Assembly (NCBI GenBank): GCA_965199495.1
Contig: CBDASK010000003.1
Location: 1,344,001-1,408,000, forward strand
From: Abditibacterium sp.
GTDB lineage: Bacteria; Armatimonadota; Abditibacteriia; Abditibacteriales; Abditibacteriaceae
Length of the DNA stretch: 64,000 bases
Direction: 5' to 3'
Under the pieces are notes generated by a model that saw only the letters and a list, made by a program, of their open reading frames with translations, was not told the DNA's origin and searched no databases. Shown here piece after piece: positions 60,818-64,000 of the stretch (position 1 is the first letter of the stretch; every line of letters starts with the position of its first letter). A program made the position numbers and the translations under genes.

Positions 60818-62299
60818 CTACAACGGCACGCCGCGCCGCACGAAACTTTTGGCAAATGGACTGGCTGCGCGCGCCGCCGTTTCGGCGTTTTTAAACGCCT
60901 GACCAATTTCGACACAACCGCTCGCGCTGGGCAGAAGTTTCGACGGATTAAATCGTCCGTTGGGATTGAAAACGTCTTTGAAATCGCGCATTGCCGCGAT
61001 GGTATCAGCGTTGAACGCGTATTCCATCAGGCCGACTTTTTCGATGCCGGTGCCGTGTTCGCCGGTTGCGCTGCCGCCCATGTCAATGCAATGTTTGAGA
61101 ATCTCTTCGCCCGCTTCCAGGACGCGCGGCAGTTGCGAAACGTCGCGTTCGTCGTAGAAAACGCATGGGTGCAAATTGCCGTCGCCCGCGTGAAAAACGT
61201 TGGCGATTGTCACGTTGTGTTTCAGGCCGACTTCTTTGATAATCGCCAAAATCTCGGTCAATTTAGAACGCGGCACCACGCCGTCCTGCGTGACATAACT
61301 CGGCGTGATGCGCCCGACCGCGCCAAATGCGCCTTTGCGCGCGGCCCACAATAATTTGCGCTCTTTGTCATCGCGGGCCAATCGCACTTCGCGCGCTCCG
61401 CAATCGCGGCAAATCTGCGCGGCGCGCTCATATTCTTCGGCAGAGGCCGCTTCCAAACCGTCGGTTTCGATGAGCAAAATCGCTTTGGCGTCGAGCGGCA
61501 AACCAAACTTGTAGGCGGCTTCAATGGCGGGCAAAAACACGTCGTCCAACATTTCGAGCGCGGCGGGCACGATTCCGGCGCCGATAATTTGCGCGACGCA
61601 CTGCGCGCCCGCGTCGAAATCGTCGAAAATCGCCAACATCGTGTGCGCCTTTTGCGGCGCGCGCACCAGTTTCACCCACGCGCGCGTCACGATGCCCAAT
61701 GTGCCCTCGCTGCCAACGACGGCGCCCAATAAATCAAAGCCGGGCGCGCCTTCGAGGCCGCCACCCAACCAGACAATTTCACCATCGGGCGTCACCAATT
61801 CGACGCCCAGCGTGTGATTGACGGTGATACCATATTTGAGCGTGTGCGGCCCGCCCGAATTCGCCGCGATGTTGCCGCCAATCGTGCAAGCCGCCTGACT
61901 CGACGGATCGGGCGCGAAACAGAATCCGAAAGGCGCCGCCGCCTGCGTCAGATGCACGTTGACGACGCCCGCTTCGACCAGAGCGCGCCGGTTAGGAATA
62001 TCCATTTCGACGATTTGGTTCAAACGCGAAGTCGAAATTAAAAGCGAATTGGTTTCGGGCAGAGCGCCGCCCGCCAGCCCGGTTCCCGCCCCGCGCGGCA
62101 CGACGGTGACGTTGTGCTTATTGGCCCACTTCACCGCGCGCGCGACTTTTTCTGTCGTATCGGGAAACGCGACGGCGACGGGCCGATTTTTGGCGGCGAC
62201 AAACGCATCGCATTCGTAAACCATCAAGTCGGCGTGGCTGCTGACGACGGCATTGGCGCCCAGCAAAGTTTCCAGTTCGCGCAAAGCGGCAGAATTCAT
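60818..62299 (-). CDS. glcD: Glycolate oxidase subunit GlcD-like FAD-linked oxidase
   Basis: PRGAGTGLAGG, APDPSSQ, NSGGPHTLKYG, FHAGDGNLHP and GEHG. Confidence 0.88.
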   Translation of the reverse strand: MNSAALRELETLLGANAVVSSHADLMVYECDAFVAAKNRPVAVAFPDTTEKVARAVKWANKHNVTVVPRGAGTGLAGGALPETNSLLISTSRLNQIVEMDIPNRRALVEAGVVNVHLTQAAAPFGFCFAPDPSSQAACTIGGNIAANSGGPHTLKYGITVNHTLGVELVTPDGEIVWLGGGLEGAPGFDLLGAVVGSEGTLGIVTRAWVKLVRAPQKAHTMLAIFDDFDAGAQCVAQIIGAGIVPAALEMLDDVFLPAIEAAYKFGLPLDAKAILLIETDGLEAASAEEYERAAQICRDCGAREVRLARDDKERKLLWAARKGAFGAVGRITPSYVTQDGVVPRSKLTEILAIIKEVGLKHNVTIANVFHAGDGNLHPCVFYDERDVSQLPRVLEAGEEILKHCIDMGGSATGEHGTGIEKVGLMEYAFNADTIAAMRDFKDVFNPNGRFNPSKLLPSASGCVEIGQAFKNAETAARAASPFAKSFVRRGVPL

Positions 62300-62403
62300 G
62301 GAATAGAGTGTGATTGATTTCAACTGAACATAATCAACGAATCAGCGATGCAAACCAAAGAACATGACCCGCATTGCAATGTCGAAATTTGGAGCGATAT
62401 AAA

Positions 62404-62586
62404 TAGGATTTACGCAGTTAGCCTGCGTTTGTCATTTCGAGCTTGCCGAGAAATCTTACGGCCCCGCGCCAGCGGAAATGACGCGTGAGTTGAACGTAAA
62501 AATGGCTTTTACTTGCGCTGCCGCGCGGGCGTCGGATTTCTCGGCAAGCTCGAAATGACAGACGCAGGCTAACTGCGTAAATCCTA
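62404..62586. mobile_element. MITE/REPIN B2 with TAGGATTTACGCAGTT termini and 5-bp target duplication
   Basis: 52-bp arms (62404-62455 / 62535-62586, 1 mismatch). ATAAA directly flanks both ends (62399-62403, 62587-62591). Confidence 0.85.
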
Positions 62587-62764
62587 ATAAATTCGATTGC
62601 GGCGCGTTATACCTCTCGAATTATGGCAGTCGTTTGCCTCCAAATTTCGCTCTATACTGAACGAAGAATTTGTGAGTCAGTAATTTTGCTCGAATGTATA
62701 GGTCAGATGGCTTGGTTTAAACGAGCATGACCAGCGCTAAAGGTGAGTGCGAGTCGCGAAATCA

Positions 62765-63634
62765 ATGATGAAAAAGCAATCCTCAATCCTTTTCGGTCTG
62801 CTGATATTGGGCAGTGCAAATGTTGGTGTGATGCAGGCGCAACCGCTTGATTTACCGCCGCTTTATCCGACACCCGCGAAATCGCAAGCCGAAATGCAAC
62901 GCGCGGAAGCCAGCGCGCAGATCATGGCGTTCGCGACCGAAACTCTGCGTTCGCAGTTGCCGCCAGAAGAATTTGCGCGCTGGCCGTTGGCTTTACGCGA
63001 TGCGTTGCCGTATTGGTTGGAATATCAACCGTTCGAGAACTGGTCGCCGGAATTGCAGCAGTTCGCGCTGGGGAAATTTCAGGCTTTGGCGGACGACACC
63101 AAAGTTGAAACCTTCGCGCCAGCCGCCAAAAACAAAGCGGCTATCCGCGATTGGCTCCAAGAAAAGGCGCCTCTGAAAAACGCGCAATTGCGATTTTTTT
63201 TGAACCTTCGTCTTGGCTTAAAAGTGAAAGATCAAGAGGGAGTCTTGCTTCTCGATACTAGTCAACAAGTCCCAGTGAGCCTTAGTGACAAGGGATGGGA
63301 GGCGTTTGAAATAGTAAAATCTGGACGTTTGATAAACAGTTTGTCGCCGGAGCAAAAAGCCGCATTATTTGCCAACAACATGCTTTTGCCCTTTGCGCGA
63401 TTGAGCGAAGCACAGCGGCAGATTCTCGATGAAATTTTCGATGCCAAAAGGCCGAGATTAGGCGATAAGTCGCTCGACCAGTTTCCCAATCGGGAAATAG
63501 TTATAGATTTCCAGTTCTCCGCTCAAAGCCAACGCCTCACTGCTGGCAAGTTCGCGGATGGCAAGGACAAGAAAGAGGATTTCGAGGTGCAGATCGCTCG
63601 GCCCTTTGATTATTTCGCCGACGAATTTCGATAG
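62765..63634 (+). CDS. Hypothetical exported protein
   Basis: Signal peptide MMKKQSSILFGLLILG...QAQ in a long open frame. Confidence 0.7.
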   Translation: MMKKQSSILFGLLILGSANVGVMQAQPLDLPPLYPTPAKSQAEMQRAEASAQIMAFATETLRSQLPPEEFARWPLALRDALPYWLEYQPFENWSPELQQFALGKFQALADDTKVETFAPAAKNKAAIRDWLQEKAPLKNAQLRFFLNLRLGLKVKDQEGVLLLDTSQQVPVSLSDKGWEAFEIVKSGRLINSLSPEQKAALFANNMLLPFARLSEAQRQILDEIFDAKRPRLGDKSLDQFPNREIVIDFQFSAQSQRLTAGKFADGKDKKEDFEVQIARPFDYFADEFR

Positions 63635-63708
63635 AGATGCGCACCAACTTACAACGGTAATCTAATCTTTGCTGTTTGCTTTACGTCAAAGGTGCGATTC
63701 CAAAAATC

Positions 63709-63737
63709 TTGCGCTGGCTTTTGATGTGCGTTATAAT
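63709..63737 (+). promoter_or_regulatory. Sigma70-type promoter of rpsT
   Basis: TTGCGC-17 bp-TATAAT, with GAGG upstream of the ATG. Confidence 0.7.
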
Positions 63738-63770
63738 ATGACGGGTCAAAAAGAGGAAAATCTTAAATTC

Positions 63771-64000
63771 ATGCCAAATCTTGCATCAGCCAAAAAGCGT
63801 CTGCGCCAGAACACTGCCAAACAGTTGCGCAATCAGATCGCCAAAACGCGCATCAAAACCGAAGTCAAAAAAGCCATCAGCGGCGAAGAGAACACCGCCG
63901 TCAGCGTCATTGATCGCGCCGCCGCCAAAGGCATCATTCACAAAAACAAAGCCGCGCGCCAGAAAAGTCGCTTGGCCAAACGCCTGTCGAGTGCCGCCAG
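63771..64000 (+). CDS. rpsT: 30S ribosomal protein S20 (runs off window edge)
   Basis: Manual translation: MPNLASAKKRLRQ...IDRAAAKGIIHKNKAARQKSRL. Confidence 0.95.
   Translation, partial: MPNLASAKKRLRQNTAKQLRNQIAKTRIKTEVKKAISGEENTAVSVIDRAAAKGIIHKNKAARQKSRLAKRLSSAA

Overview
Bacterial chromosomal window of moderately high GC. Gene content and style suggest an Armatimonadota/Abditibacteriota-like organism, but this is a low-confidence inference. Bases 1-23.8 kb are a minus-strand surface-polysaccharide locus: wzc, wza-like, wzm/wzt, a Wzy-like membrane protein, seven glycosyltransferases, three LbH acyltransferases, three methyltransferases, a methyltransferase pseudogene and an AsnB-type amidotransferase. 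Its core (about 3.5-19.4 kb) is visibly AT-richer. Bases 24-64 kb are mixed housekeeping and signalling genes: GH2 beta-mannosidase, TPR protein, tsaE, a STAS/anti-sigma pair, ilvBN, rfbF, a DtxR-family regulator, a WD40-SMI1 fusion, VanW, CpaE, ndh with a Rex box, a three-gene hybrid kinase relay, MscS, glcD and rpsT. Two non-genic signals stand out. First, a non-palindromic 10-mer, CGCCGTGGCT (often CGCCGTGGCTGC), occurs 20 times exactly, 10 per strand, where under 0.5 would be expected; it behaves like a DNA-uptake-sequence-type genome tag. Second, there is a set of modular, nested palindromic REPIN/MITE-like elements in which terminal shells, REP arms and central cores are mixed combinatorially. 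No tRNA, rRNA, CRISPR array or transposase was recognised.
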